From assembly GCA_965116905.1 (NCBI GenBank), contig OZ220732.1, positions 416,001 to 480,000 of the forward strand: a stretch of 64,000 bases of DNA, given 5' to 3'. Numbering within the stretch: position 1 is the stretch's first letter; each line of letters begins with the position of its first letter. The notes under the pieces are model-generated. The model was not told where the DNA came from and made no database searches. It saw only the letters and a list, made by a program, of their open reading frames with translations. Origin of the DNA: Longimicrobiales bacterium. Its GTDB lineage: Bacteria > Gemmatimonadota > Gemmatimonadetes > Longimicrobiales > Gaopeijiaceae. This document shows, piece by piece, positions 1 through 10,351 of the stretch. The position numbers were made by a program, and so were the translations under genes.

Positions 1-2397
1 GTCGTAGATGCGGGTGATCCGGTAGAAGCCGTTTTCTTCCTCGAGGTCGGCGCCGAGGAGGCCGGTGCGCGGGTTGTCCAGGTCCGGGTAGTCACCGCCG
101 CGCACGTAGGAGTGCCCGACCGCGATCTCGCCCGAGAGCATGTCCAGCAGCTGGTTGAAGTCCGAGCGGTGCCGCACGTCCGGGAGCCACTCCGAGTACC
201 AGTCCCAGACGTCGTCCCACGGCGCCCCGTGCTGGTTGTCGACGTACAGGAAGTCACGCATGAAACGCCAGCCGTCGCGGAGCATCTGCGCGTATTCGGC
301 CGTCGGTTCCACGCGTACGCGCAGGTTGCCGAGGCTGAGCGCGCCGTCGCGGCCCGAGGGCGGACGGGCGGTGCTGACGATGTTCCAGCCCCCGCTGTAG
401 TAGAGCAGGCTGCCGCGGTCGTGGGAGACGGCGAGGCGCCCGCCACTCTCGAGGAAGTCCTCGGCCTCGCGCTCCTCGATCGAGTACTTGAGCACGGGGC
501 CACCGCCGAAGCCGCCGCTCTCCAGGACGAAGACCGATCCGGCGGGTCCCGGCACCAGGCCCGCGTAGTCGTCCACGTCCAGACCCGGGGCGTCGATGAT
601 GCGCGCGGCGATGTTGTCGAAGTCGATGACGACTGCGGGCGGGTCGTCGGGGTCGTCGGCAGAGTCGTCGCCAGCGTCGTCGCCGCCGGCCTCCTCGTCG
701 CTCGCGGGAAGAAAGGGGGACGGCTCGTCGGCGCTGAGGAGCGCGAGGTAGAGGGCGCGCGTCACCGGCCGTTCGTACGAGGTCATGTCCAGCCAGCCGG
801 TGTTGAGCGCGAAGTTGGTGGAGGCGAGGAAGTAGAGGTACTTGCCGGACTCGTCCCATACCGGCGTGATCGCGTCCGACATACCGTCGGTGAGCTGGCG
901 CGTGTCGCCGGATTCGGTGTCGTGCACGAAGACCGCGCGGAGCTGGTTGTCCAGCCGCCGGGCGTACGCGAGCCACCGCGAGTCGGGGGACCACACGGGG
1001 TTCATGGTGCGCTGCGGGTGCGCGAAGCGGTCGGTGTCGACGTGGTCCACCTCGCCGGACTCGAGCTCCAGCACCAGCACGCGGTAGTGGGTGTCGGTGA
1101 ACGCCAGCCTGGTCCCGTCCGGCGACCACTCGGGGCGGAAGTAGAAGGACGGCTCGGGGATCTCGATTCGCCGCGGGTTCGATCCGTCCTGCGCGGCGAT
1201 CACCAGGCCGTACTCGTCGCCGTCGTCGTTGAACCAGGCGACCTGCGATCCGTCCGGCGACCAGACGGCGTGCCGGTCGGCCACACCGGGGCTGCGGGTG
1301 AGGTTGCGCCACGATCCCTCATCGGCGGGCACGCTGAAGAGCTCGCCGCGCCATTCGAATAGCGCGCGCTTGCCGGTGGGCGAGAGGCGGGCGTCGCGGA
1401 GTTGGACCGCCGGGACGGACTCCCAGCGCGGGCGGGACCAGTTCATGTCGCCGGTCACGTTGATCACGAGCTGGCGTGAGGCGCCGCTGGCCGGGTCGAG
1501 TTCGTGCAGGTAGCCGGCCTGCTCGTAGACCACGGCGCCGTCGCCCGCACCGAGGGACTTCACGTCGAAGTCGGCGTGGCGCGTGAGCTGCCGCTCGGTG
1601 CCGGTGTTCGGGTCGAACGACCACACGTTGCTCGCCCAGTCGCGCTCGGACATGTAGTAGACGACGCCGTCCATCCACACCGGGTCCATGTGGCGTTCCC
1701 CCTCCCAGGGCGGCGTGGTGCGCTCCCAGGTCGACGTCGACACGATGCCGATCGGCTGCGCCTGGCCCCCGCGGTAGTTCCGCCACTCCGGGTCCCAGTA
1801 GCCGATCTCCTGGTACGCGATGTGCGCGCCGTCGGCGGACATGCCGCCCAGATAGGCCTGGGGCAGCGCGAGGGGCGCGGGCAGCCCGCCCTCGGGCGAG
1901 ACCGTGTAGAACTTCCAGAGCTGCGTGGGGACTCCGTCGCGCCCCGACTGGAAGAGGATGTCCCCTTCGGGCGTCCACCCCTGCACGACGTCCGCCGACG
2001 GATGCCAGGTGAGCCGCGTCGGCTGTCCCCCCTCGACAGGCATGAGGTAGACGTCCGTATTGCCCCCGTACTGGCCGGAAAACGCGATCCAGCGCCCGTC
2101 CGCGCTGAAGGCGGCGTCGGTCTCGGCGCCGTCGGAGCTGGTGAGCCGTGTCGCGTCGCCCCCGTCGCGCCCGACCAGCCAGAGGTCGTTGGCGTGCGTG
2201 AAGACGATGTGGGTGGCGCTCACGTCGGGCTGCCGCAGGAAGCGCGTGCCCTGGGCGTGGGCGGGGGCGGGGGTGAGAGCGGTGAGCAGGGCGGTCAGCA
2301 GGACGGCGAGGGAGGCCGAGCCTGCCAGGGTGAGGGTCGGGGCGGGGTGGCGCGGGGAGGGGGCGGGGTGGCGCGGGGATGGGGCGGCGTGGGACAT
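1..2397 (-). CDS. Tricorn protease homolog (S41 family peptidase with beta-propeller and PDZ domains), 3' end outside the window
   Basis: Not in the ORF track because it has no stop in the window. Manual translation from ATG 2397 gives a signal peptide (...PAPAHA-QGTRFLRQPDVS), PD40-like repeats (FSADGRWIAF, WSPDGSQVAW, WSPDGTRLAF), WRNYRGG, and MLSGEIAVGHSYVRGGD...GLLGADL, typical of tricorn. Confidence 0.92.
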   Translation of the reverse strand, partial: MSHAAPSPRHPAPSPRHPAPTLTLAGSASLAVLLTALLTALTPAPAHAQGTRFLRQPDVSATHIVFTHANDLWLVGRDGGDATRLTSSDGAETDAAFSADGRWIAFSGQYGGNTDVYLMPVEGGQPTRLTWHPSADVVQGWTPEGDILFQSGRDGVPTQLWKFYTVSPEGGLPAPLALPQAYLGGMSADGAHIAYQEIGYWDPEWRNYRGGQAQPIGIVSTSTWERTTPPWEGERHMDPVWMDGVVYYMSERDWASNVWSFDPNTGTERQLTRHADFDVKSLGAGDGAVVYEQAGYLHELDPASGASRQLVINVTGDMNWSRPRWESVPAVQLRDARLSPTGKRALFEWRGELFSVPADEGSWRNLTRSPGVADRHAVWSPDGSQVAWFNDDGDEYGLVIAAQDGSNPRRIEIPEPSFYFRPEWSPDGTRLAFTDTHYRVLVLELESGEVDHVDTDRFAHPQRTMNPVWSPDSRWLAYARRLDNQLRAVFVHDTESGDTRQLTDGMSDAITPVWDESGKYLYFLASTNFALNTGWLDMTSYERPVTRALYLALLSADEPSPFLPASDEEAGGDDAGDDSADDPDDPPAVVIDFDNIAARIIDAPGLDVDDYAGLVPGPAGSVFVLESGGFGGGPVLKYSIEEREAEDFLESGGRLAVSHDRGSLLYYSGGWNIVSTARPPSGRDGALSLGNLRVRVEPTAEYAQMLRDGWRFMRDFLYVDNQHGAPWDDVWDWYSEWLPDVRHRSDFNQLLDMLSGEIAVGHSYVRGGDYPDLDNPRTGLLGADLEEENGFYRITRIYD

Positions 2398-2508
2398 CGG
2401 CTGGGACTCCGGGCGGATGGGGAGGGTGTGGCGCTGGTCGGGAAAGCTGGCAGGTTGTGGGGCGGGGGCAAGTGGGGGAGTTGGCGCCCACAACGACGAC
2501 CGCCCGTT

Positions 2509-2907
2509 TCAGCCCCCCCGCCGTTGGCGATGGTTCCTGGTCTCCCGCACCGCGATTGCCCTTGCCTCCGCAGCATCCAGTCTGGCGCCTGAACGCGCCT
2601 GGGCCACGACGCCCTTGGCCTCTTCGCGTTCCCTGCGCACCTTCGCCAACTCGAAGCTCGCCTGCATTCGCATCCAGTGATCAGCGCTACCCCAACCAAT
2701 GGCCTCTAATGCCAAGGCCATTGTCGGAGATACTCCTGCCCGGCCGTTCAGTAGGCGCGATAGTGTTCCCCTTTCGCACCCCAGGTGCTCCGCCGTCTCC
2801 GTGACGCTCCATCCGACCTCCTCCATGCTCTCCCGGATCAGTTCGCCCAGGTGCGGCGGATTCAGCATCGGACCTACGTGCTCGCTGCCGGTAGCACTCA
2901 TATTCAA
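2509..2907 (-). CDS. higA: HigA-family antitoxin (HTH-XRE)
   Basis: PPHLGELIRE...LSRLLNGRAGVSPTMALALE...WMRMQASFEL matches the HigA/VapI pattern; it lies directly downstream of higB. Start may be TTG 2907 or ATG 2901. Confidence 0.9.
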   Translation of the reverse strand: MNMSATGSEHVGPMLNPPHLGELIRESMEEVGWSVTETAEHLGCERGTLSRLLNGRAGVSPTMALALEAIGWGSADHWMRMQASFELAKVRREREEAKGVVAQARSGARLDAAEARAIAVRETRNHRQRRGG

Positions 2908-2920
2908 TTCTCCTGATCGG

Positions 2921-3193
2921 TCAGTGGTAGTCGATCAGGTCCACATCCACGGCTTCGCGATCCTCGAAACGGAACACCACGCGCCAGTTGCCGGATACGC
3001 GCACCCTCCATTGGCCCAATCGATCGCCCTTCAACGGATGCAATCGAAAGCCTGGAGCATCGGCGCTGCCGGGATGCGTCGCTTCCTGTAACCGGAAGAG
3101 AATCCGTCGAAGCCGTGGCACGAGATGCGGTGGCAACCGGGCCCGATCGTCCCGCTCGTGCAGCGCCCGCAGCCCCTTGTGCCTGATCTTCAT
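2921..3193 (-). CDS. higB: HigB-family (RelE-like) toxin
   Basis: MKIRHKGL...FRLHPLKGDRLGQWRVRVSGNWRVVFRF...DVDLIDYH is the classic plasmid-maintenance killer signature; toxin-first gene order. Confidence 0.93.
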   Translation of the reverse strand: MKIRHKGLRALHERDDRARLPPHLVPRLRRILFRLQEATHPGSADAPGFRLHPLKGDRLGQWRVRVSGNWRVVFRFEDREAVDVDLIDYH

Positions 3194-3198
3194 CGGAG

Positions 3199-3233
3199 AT
3201 TGTAAGGTGAGGCGCTACACGCTGCAAGTGTAG
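3199..3233 (-). promoter_or_regulatory. sigma70-type promoter of higBA with overlapping inverted repeat (candidate HigA operator)
   Basis: Minus strand reads TTGCAG-N17-TACAAT-N5-ATG. The palindrome CTACAC-N7-GTGTAG (3215-3233) straddles the -35 box. Confidence 0.65.
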
Positions 3234-3413
3234 TCACCCAACCCTCCCCCACGTCACCCCGCCCCCTCGCCGCCAATCACCCCCAATCCGCTTGCGCCCC
3301 CGCCCACCCCTGCCCCATTCTGTCCTCCCGGTCTGCGGCGGCGCTGCTCAGGCGCGAGGAGTCGGTCGGCGCGGGCCGCAGACTCGTCCAACTACCCTTT
3401 GCTGGAGGCGCCC

Positions 3414-3883
<470 letters not shown>

Positions 3884-3887
<4 letters not shown>

Positions 3888-6241
3888 GCGGCAACGGCAC
3901 CGGAATCGGCGCATCGGTCAAGCGCAAGGAAGACACCCGCTTTCTGACGGGGCGCGGCCGTTACACCGACGACATCAATCTGCCCGGGCAGCTGTACGGG
4001 TACATCCTCCGCTCGCCGGTCGCGCACGCCAACATCGGCGGGATCGACACCAGCGCGGCGATGGCGGCGCCGGGTGTGCACGCGATCTTCACGGGCAAGG
4101 ACATGGAGGGCGTGGGCGGCATCCCGACGGGGTGGCTGATTCACAGCAAGGACGGCTCGCCGATGGTCGAGCCGGCGCATCCGGCGCTGGCGCTGGGCAA
4201 GGTGCGTTATGTGGGGGACTGCGTCGCGATCGTCGTCGCCGAGACGAGGGAGCAGGCGAAGGAAGCCGCGAACCTGGTCGACGTGGACTACCAGGACCTT
4301 CCGGCGGTGGCCTCGATCGAGGCGGCCGAGGCCGAGGGGGCAGCGCAGGTCTTCGACGAAGCGCCCGGCAACGTCTGCTACGACTGGGAGGTGGGCGACA
4401 GGGCGGCCACGGACGCGGCCTTTGAGGAAGCCACGCATGTGGTCTCGATCGACGTGGTCAACAACCGGCTCATTCCCAACGCGATCGAGCCCCGTGCCGC
4501 CATTGCCAACTACGACCCCGCGACGGGGGACTACACCCTCTATACCACAAGTCAGAACCCCCACCTGATCCGTCTGCTCCTCGGTGCGTTCGTACTCGGG
4601 CTGCCGGAGCACAAGCTGCGGATCGTGGCACCGGACGTGGGCGGCGGATTCGGCTCGAAGATCCCGCACTACGCGGAAGAGGCGATTCTGACGTGGACCG
4701 CCGGACAGCTGGGGCGGCCGGTGAAGTGGACGTGCGAGCGGATCGACGCCTTCAAGTCGGACACGCACGGGCGCGATCACATCAGCACGGCCCGTCTGGC
4801 CATGGACGCGGACGGCAAGTTCCTGGGGTTGCACGTCTCGACCAGGGCGAACCTGGGCGCGTACCTGTCGACGTTCGCCACCTGCGTGCCGACGTACCTG
4901 TACGGGATCCTGTTCGCGGGGCCCTACACGACGCCGGCGGTCTACTGCGAGGTCAAGTCGTTCTTCACGAACACGGTGCCCGTGGATGCACTGCGCGGCG
5001 CGGGACGGCCCGAGGCGACGTACCTGCTCGAGCGGCTGGTCGACAAGGCGGCCGCGGAGCTCGGGATGGACCGGGTGGAGATTCGCCGCAAGAACTTCAT
5101 CCGCGAGTTCCCGTACCAGACGCCGGTCGCGCTGCAGTACGACCAGGGCGACTACGACGCGACGCTCGATCTGGCGCTGGAAGCGTCGGACTGGGCGGGC
5201 TTCGAGGCGCGGCGGGCCGAATCGGCGGCGCGCGGGAAGTGCCGCGGCATCGGGATTTCGACCTTCATCGAGGCGTGCGGGATCGCGCCGTCGGCGGTGG
5301 TGGGGTCGCTGGGCGCGCGGGCCGGGCTGTACGAGTCGGGCAGCGTGCGGGTGCATCCGACGGGCTCGGTCTCGGTCTTCACCGGGACGCACAGCCACGG
5401 GCAGGGGCACGAGACCACGTTCGCGCAGATCGTCTCCGACATGCTCGGGGTCGACTTCGATGCGGTGGACGTGGTGCACGGCGACTCGGCCAAGATCCCG
5501 TTCGGGATGGGGACGTACGGCTCGCGCTCGCTGGCGGTGGGCGGGACCGCGATCTACCTGGCCGTCGAGAAGGTCATCGAGAAGGGCAAGAAGATCGCCG
5601 CGCACCTGCTGGAGGCTTCGGCAGAGGACATCGAGTTCGAGAACGGGTCCTTTACCGTGGCCGGGACGGATCGGTCGAAGTCGCTCGGCGAGGTGGCGCT
5701 GACCGCCTACGTGCCGCACAACTACCCCGAGGGGCTGGAGCCGGGGCTGGAGGAGACGGCGTTCTACGACCCGCTCAACTTCACCTTCCCGGCGGGCACG
5801 CACGTGGCCGAGGTCGAGGTGGATCCGGAGACGGGCGAGGTGGAGGTCGTCGCGGTGACGGGGGCCGACGATGTCGGGCGCGTCATCAACCCGATGATCG
5901 TGGCCGGCCAGCTGCACGGGGGGCTCGCGCACGGGATCGGGCAGGCGCTGCTCGAGGAATGCCTCTACCAGGAGGACGGGCAGCTGCAGACGGGGTCGTA
6001 CCTGGACTACACGATGCCCCGCGCGGCGGACCTGCCGTCCTTCAGCATCAACCACAACACGACGCTCTGCACCCACAATCCGCTCGGCGTGAAGGGGGTC
6101 GGTGAGGTGGGATCGATCGGGATTCCTCCGGCGGTGATCAACGCGGTGATCGATGCGTTGCGCCCGCTCGGCGTGAACGACATGGCGATGCCCGCCACCT
6201 CGCAGAAGGTGTGGCAGGCGATTCAGCAGGCCCGCGGCTAG
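3884..6241 (+). CDS. coxL: Molybdenum hydroxylase large (Moco-binding) subunit, form II CoxL-like / xanthine dehydrogenase family
   Basis: [49 protein letters not shown]. Active-site loop is ALRGAGR, not AYxCSFR. ATGA overlap with coxS. Confidence 0.9.
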
Positions 6242-6277
6242 CGGCCCGCGGACAGAGACGAACGGGAGACGAGACCT

Positions 6278-7078
6278 GTGAACGATTTCACATACCACGC
6301 ACCGACATCGTTGGACGAGTTGCTCGCGGCCCTGCGCGGCGGCGGTGACGGCGCGAAGCTGATCGCGGGCGGTCACAGCCTGCTGCCGGTCATGAAGCTG
6401 AACCTTGCCGCACCGACCGACCTGGTGTCGCTGGCGGGCGTGCCGGGGCTGGGGGACATCGCCGACGGAGGCGACTCGGTGACGGTGGGGGCGATGTGCT
6501 CCCACGCGCAGGTGGCCGGGTCGGCGGTCGTGCGGGCGAGGATTCCGGCGCTGGCCGCGATGGCCGACGGGATCGGCGACGCGCAGGTGAGGAACGCGGG
6601 CACGATCGGCGGGTCGGTGGCGCACAACGACCCAGCCGCGGACTACCCGGCGGCGTGTGTGGCGCTGGGGGCGACGATCGTGACCGACCGGCGCGAGGTC
6701 CACGCCGACGACTTCTTCCAGGGCATGTTCGCGACCGCCCTGGCCGACGACGAGGTGATCACGGCGGTGCGGTTCCCGGTGGCGGCGCGCGCGGCCTACG
6801 CGAAGTTCGCCAACCCCGCGTCCAAGTACGCGGTGGCGGGTGTGATGGTCGCCGACGGGCCCGCCGGGGTGCGGGTGGCCGTGACGGGCGCATCGGGTGA
6901 CGGCGTGTTCCGGGTGGCCGAGATGGAGGCCGCGCTGGGGGCGTCGTTCAGTGGTGAGGCGGTCGCCGGGGTTGCGGTGTCGTCCGACGGGATGCTGTCG
7001 GACACGGCGGCCGGCGCCGACTACCGGGCGCACCTGGTGACGGTCATGGCGAAGCGCGCGGTGGAGGCTTGCGGATAG
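6278..7078 (+). CDS. coxM: Molybdenum hydroxylase medium (FAD-binding) subunit, CoxM/CutM-like
   Basis: AGGHSLLPVMK and IGDAQVRNAGTIGGSVAHNDPAAD FAD-binding motifs. Confidence 0.92.
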   Translation: MNDFTYHAPTSLDELLAALRGGGDGAKLIAGGHSLLPVMKLNLAAPTDLVSLAGVPGLGDIADGGDSVTVGAMCSHAQVAGSAVVRARIPALAAMADGIGDAQVRNAGTIGGSVAHNDPAADYPAACVALGATIVTDRREVHADDFFQGMFATALADDEVITAVRFPVAARAAYAKFANPASKYAVAGVMVADGPAGVRVAVTGASGDGVFRVAEMEAALGASFSGEAVAGVAVSSDGMLSDTAAGADYRAHLVTVMAKRAVEACG

Positions 7079-7148
7079 CGGCGGGCGCTGGAAGCCTGCG
7101 GACAGCGGGCGCCGCCGCCTGCGAGACTGGCTGCGGGCCGACGGTAGC

Positions 7149-8120
7149 GTGACGCCTCGCCAGCAGGCCCCCGGGCCGCGTCCGGCCTCGGTCGAGGACG
7201 CGGTCGCGCTGTTGCGCGGCCAGGGCTACGTGGCCGACGTGGGCCTCGGCACGGCCCTGTTCCTGTCGCTGGAGCTTGGGCGTCCCCTGTTGCTGGAGGG
7301 AGAAGCCGGCGTCGGCAAGACCGAGGTCGCGAAGACGCTGGCGGCAGGGCTTCGGCGGCCGCTGATCCGGCTGCAGTGCTACGAGGGGCTCGACCTGGCG
7401 TCAGCGGCCTACGAGTGGAACTACGCGAAGCAGATGATCCATATCCGGGCGGCGGAGGGTGGGGGCGGCCCGGCTTCGGGGGTTGGCGAGGCTGGTGCGG
7501 CCGCCGGACCGCCCGCCGACACCGGCGCCGCGCCCGCCAACCTCGCCAGCGATGTCTTCTCGGACGACTTCCTCATCCGCCGCCCCCTGCTCTCGGCGCT
7601 CGACCCCGCGGACGGTGTCGCCCCGGTGCTGCTGATCGACGAGCTCGACCGCACCGACGAGCCCTTCGAGGCCTACCTCCTGGAGGTCCTCTCCGACTTC
7701 CAGATCACGATTCCGGAGATGGGCACGGTGACCGCCGCAGAGGCGCCCCACGTCGTGATCACGTCCAACCGGACCCGCGAGATTCACGACGCCCTCAAGC
7801 GCCGCTGCATCTATCACTGGATCGACTACCCGACGGCGGCGCGCGAGCTTGAGATTCTGGCCTCGCGGGTTCCGGATGCTCCCGAGCAGCTCGGCCTTCA
7901 GGTGGTCGCGTTCGTCCAGAAGGTCCGCGAGCTCGAGCTGTTCAAGCGGCCTGGAGTGGCCGAGACGCTCGACTGGACGCGGGCGCTGATGGCGCTGGAC
8001 CGCCACACGCTCGACCGGGAGACCGCGCACCGCACGCTGGGCGTGCTGCTCAAGTACCAGGACGACCTGGAGCAGATGGCGGAAGGCGGGGTGGAGGAGG
8101 TGATGGGGACGGTGCGCTAA
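7149..8120 (+). CDS. coxD: MoxR-family AAA+ ATPase (CoxD-like)
   Basis: Walker A GEAGVGKT, RLQCYEGLD, Walker B LLIDELD, TSNRTREIHDALKRRC. Confidence 0.9.
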   Translation: MTPRQQAPGPRPASVEDAVALLRGQGYVADVGLGTALFLSLELGRPLLLEGEAGVGKTEVAKTLAAGLRRPLIRLQCYEGLDLASAAYEWNYAKQMIHIRAAEGGGGPASGVGEAGAAAGPPADTGAAPANLASDVFSDDFLIRRPLLSALDPADGVAPVLLIDELDRTDEPFEAYLLEVLSDFQITIPEMGTVTAAEAPHVVITSNRTREIHDALKRRCIYHWIDYPTAARELEILASRVPDAPEQLGLQVVAFVQKVRELELFKRPGVAETLDWTRALMALDRHTLDRETAHRTLGVLLKYQDDLEQMAEGGVEEVMGTVR

Positions 8121-10168
8121 CGCACCCGCCCGAACCTCACATCCCGCGTCCGGCCATTCGACAGGTAGAACCCGATTACCAGCCCGTTGCGGTCGCGCTC
8201 GAAGGCGAACGACATGCCGCCGCCGGAGAAGTTGTCCTTCTCGCCGGGCATGAGCGTCGCGCTGTCCAGCCGGCGCTGATGCATGACCAGTTCGCCCTCT
8301 TCGACCGCGAACGTGTAGAACGTCTCGATCTCCTCGCTGAAGAACCGGCCCGCGAAGTCGGCCAGATCCTCCGCCCCCGGCTCCCACGCCTCGGCGTCGT
8401 CGGCCAGACGGGTTGCGCGCTGATCGCCACCGTTCCCGTGCAGCACCGCCGCTTCAACCGCTCCGTCCTCTCCGCGCACGAACGTGACCGACGCCGAGGT
8501 CCCGGGCAGACGGAACGTCGAGTCGGACACGGGCACCATTTCGATTCGTTCCTGTCCCGGCGGCTGCCCGTAGAGGGTGCTGCCATCCCGCGTGAAGGTG
8601 AAGATGATCGCCGGCGATGAGTCCAGCGCATAGCGGCCGGCGAATTCGTCGAAGTCCTCGGGGTCGTAGTCTTCCACGTCGAAGTCGTCGGTGGCTGCGG
8701 CGTCGGCCTCGTCGCCCTCCTCCTCCAACTCCATCGCATCCTTGAAAAACGCCTCGGCCAGCTCGAAGGCCGTGTCGCTGTCGAACTGCGCGTGGTTGCT
8801 CTGGGTGGTGATGCCCGCGTTGATCTCCGGGTAGTACACGAGCATCGAGCGGTGCGCCACGTCCGCGCCGCCGTGGTGAACACGCCGCAGTCCCCCCTGC
8901 TCGTCGATGAACAGACCGTAGCCGTACCCCGTCTCCTCCCCGTCGGTGAGCACGAACGAGGTCATCATCTTGTCGATGCTCCCGCGGGTGCCGACGCGGG
9001 GGCTGGCGTAGTTCTCGATCCAGATCTGCAGGTCCCCGATCGTGCTGTAGACCGACCCCGCCCCGACCGCACCGCCCAGGTCGCCGATCTGGCGGTAGCC
9101 GTCCCCGGTGGGCGTATAGCCCTCGGACATGTTGGGGACCATGTGGCGCGGCGAGGGGCGCACCATCGAGCCGGTCATGCCCAGCGGCCCGAAGACGTGC
9201 TCTTCCATGAAGACGTGGAAGTCCTGGCCCGAGGTGCGCTCGACGATGGTCGCCGCGAGCCCGAAGGCCGTGTTGTTGTAGTTCCACTCGGCGCCGGGGG
9301 CGTTCTGGAGCGCCGGCTGCCGCTGCACGATGTCGATGAGCTCCGAACGGTCGATCCAGTCGCCGCGGTCGAGACGGCGGCCCGTCATGCGCAGCAGGTT
9401 GAGGAACTCGCGCAGGCCGGACGTGTGGGTGACGAGGTGCCGAACCTGGATCGTTCCGTCGAATTCGGGGAGTTCGGGGATGTGGGTGCGGGTGTCGTCG
9501 TCGAGGGATAGCAGCCCGCGCTCGGCCTGCAGCATGATCGCGAAGGCGGTGAACTGCTTCGAGGTCGAGCCGATGTTGGTGCGCGTGTCGGGGCCGAAGG
9601 GGATCCCGTAGGTGAGGTTGGCCGTGCCGTAGGTCTGCGAGTAGATGGTCTCGCCGTCCCGCCACACCCGGACCGCCGCGCCCGGCGACTCGGGGCCGTC
9701 GAAGCGCGCCATCATCTGGTCGGCGAGCTCTTTCGGGTCGGTGGCTATGGGTTCGTGGCGCAGCAGGGTGATCTCGTAGCTGCCGGCGGCGGCATCCTCG
9801 TCCTCCTCGTCCCCCGCGACAACCAGCTCGACCGTGTGCGTGCCCGCGCTCCCGGTGCGGGCGCTGAAGCGCTCGGGGCCGCGCCCGAGCCCGCCGAACT
9901 GCCCGATCCGCTCCCCGGCCGGGTCGAGAATGCGAATGTCCACGTCAACCGAGATCTGGTCCACTTCGCCCAGGAAGAACTCGTTCTCGTCGGCGTCGAT
10001 CGTGTAGCGGACCGTTTGTCCGTGGGAGAGAGCGCCCGCCACCATGCTGCCCGGCCGCAGTTCCGTGGTTTGTCCCCACGCCTGACAGCCTGCGATAAGG
10101 ATCGGGACTGCGGCACAGAGGGTGGACCGCACGTGGCGGCCGGGGCGGCGGCGGGTGACCGGCTTCAT
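8117..10168 (-). CDS. Secreted serine hydrolase of the beta-lactamase/AmpC-like family with extra N- and C-terminal domains
   Basis: SxxK (GSTSKQF), LVTHTSGL, YxN (WNYNN) and HGG motifs; N-terminal signal-like segment. Confidence 0.85.
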   Translation of the reverse strand: MKPVTRRRPGRHVRSTLCAAVPILIAGCQAWGQTTELRPGSMVAGALSHGQTVRYTIDADENEFFLGEVDQISVDVDIRILDPAGERIGQFGGLGRGPERFSARTGSAGTHTVELVVAGDEEDEDAAAGSYEITLLRHEPIATDPKELADQMMARFDGPESPGAAVRVWRDGETIYSQTYGTANLTYGIPFGPDTRTNIGSTSKQFTAFAIMLQAERGLLSLDDDTRTHIPELPEFDGTIQVRHLVTHTSGLREFLNLLRMTGRRLDRGDWIDRSELIDIVQRQPALQNAPGAEWNYNNTAFGLAATIVERTSGQDFHVFMEEHVFGPLGMTGSMVRPSPRHMVPNMSEGYTPTGDGYRQIGDLGGAVGAGSVYSTIGDLQIWIENYASPRVGTRGSIDKMMTSFVLTDGEETGYGYGLFIDEQGGLRRVHHGGADVAHRSMLVYYPEINAGITTQSNHAQFDSDTAFELAEAFFKDAMELEEEGDEADAAATDDFDVEDYDPEDFDEFAGRYALDSSPAIIFTFTRDGSTLYGQPPGQERIEMVPVSDSTFRLPGTSASVTFVRGEDGAVEAAVLHGNGGDQRATRLADDAEAWEPGAEDLADFAGRFFSEEIETFYTFAVEEGELVMHQRRLDSATLMPGEKDNFSGGGMSFAFERDRNGLVIGFYLSNGRTRDVRFGRVR

Positions 10169-10293
10169 CGTGGAACTCCAATCGCTGAAAGTGACGAGGA
10201 CGACGCGGACAGGTTACGGCGGGATCGTGCAACCGGGCAAAGGGAAGGCCCCTGGCGGGGACACCGGTCCAGCACGATTCGACCGCCCGGCGT

Positions 10294-10329
10294 CGAGTTC
10301 GACTTCGCCGACGAGTTCGACTTCGCCGA
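10294..10329. repeat. Perfect 18-bp tandem duplication upstream of coxE
   Basis: CGAGTTCGACTTCGCCGA x2. Confidence 0.9.
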
Positions 10330-10351
10330 TGTTGCACCGTATTGATTGAGC

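Noticed and set aside
112..2592. Several long plus- and minus-strand ORFs in the track over the first 2.4 kb
   Set aside because: Shadow ORFs of the tricorn gene, whose real frame is missing from the track because it runs off the window. They are Arg/Pro-rich with no motifs.
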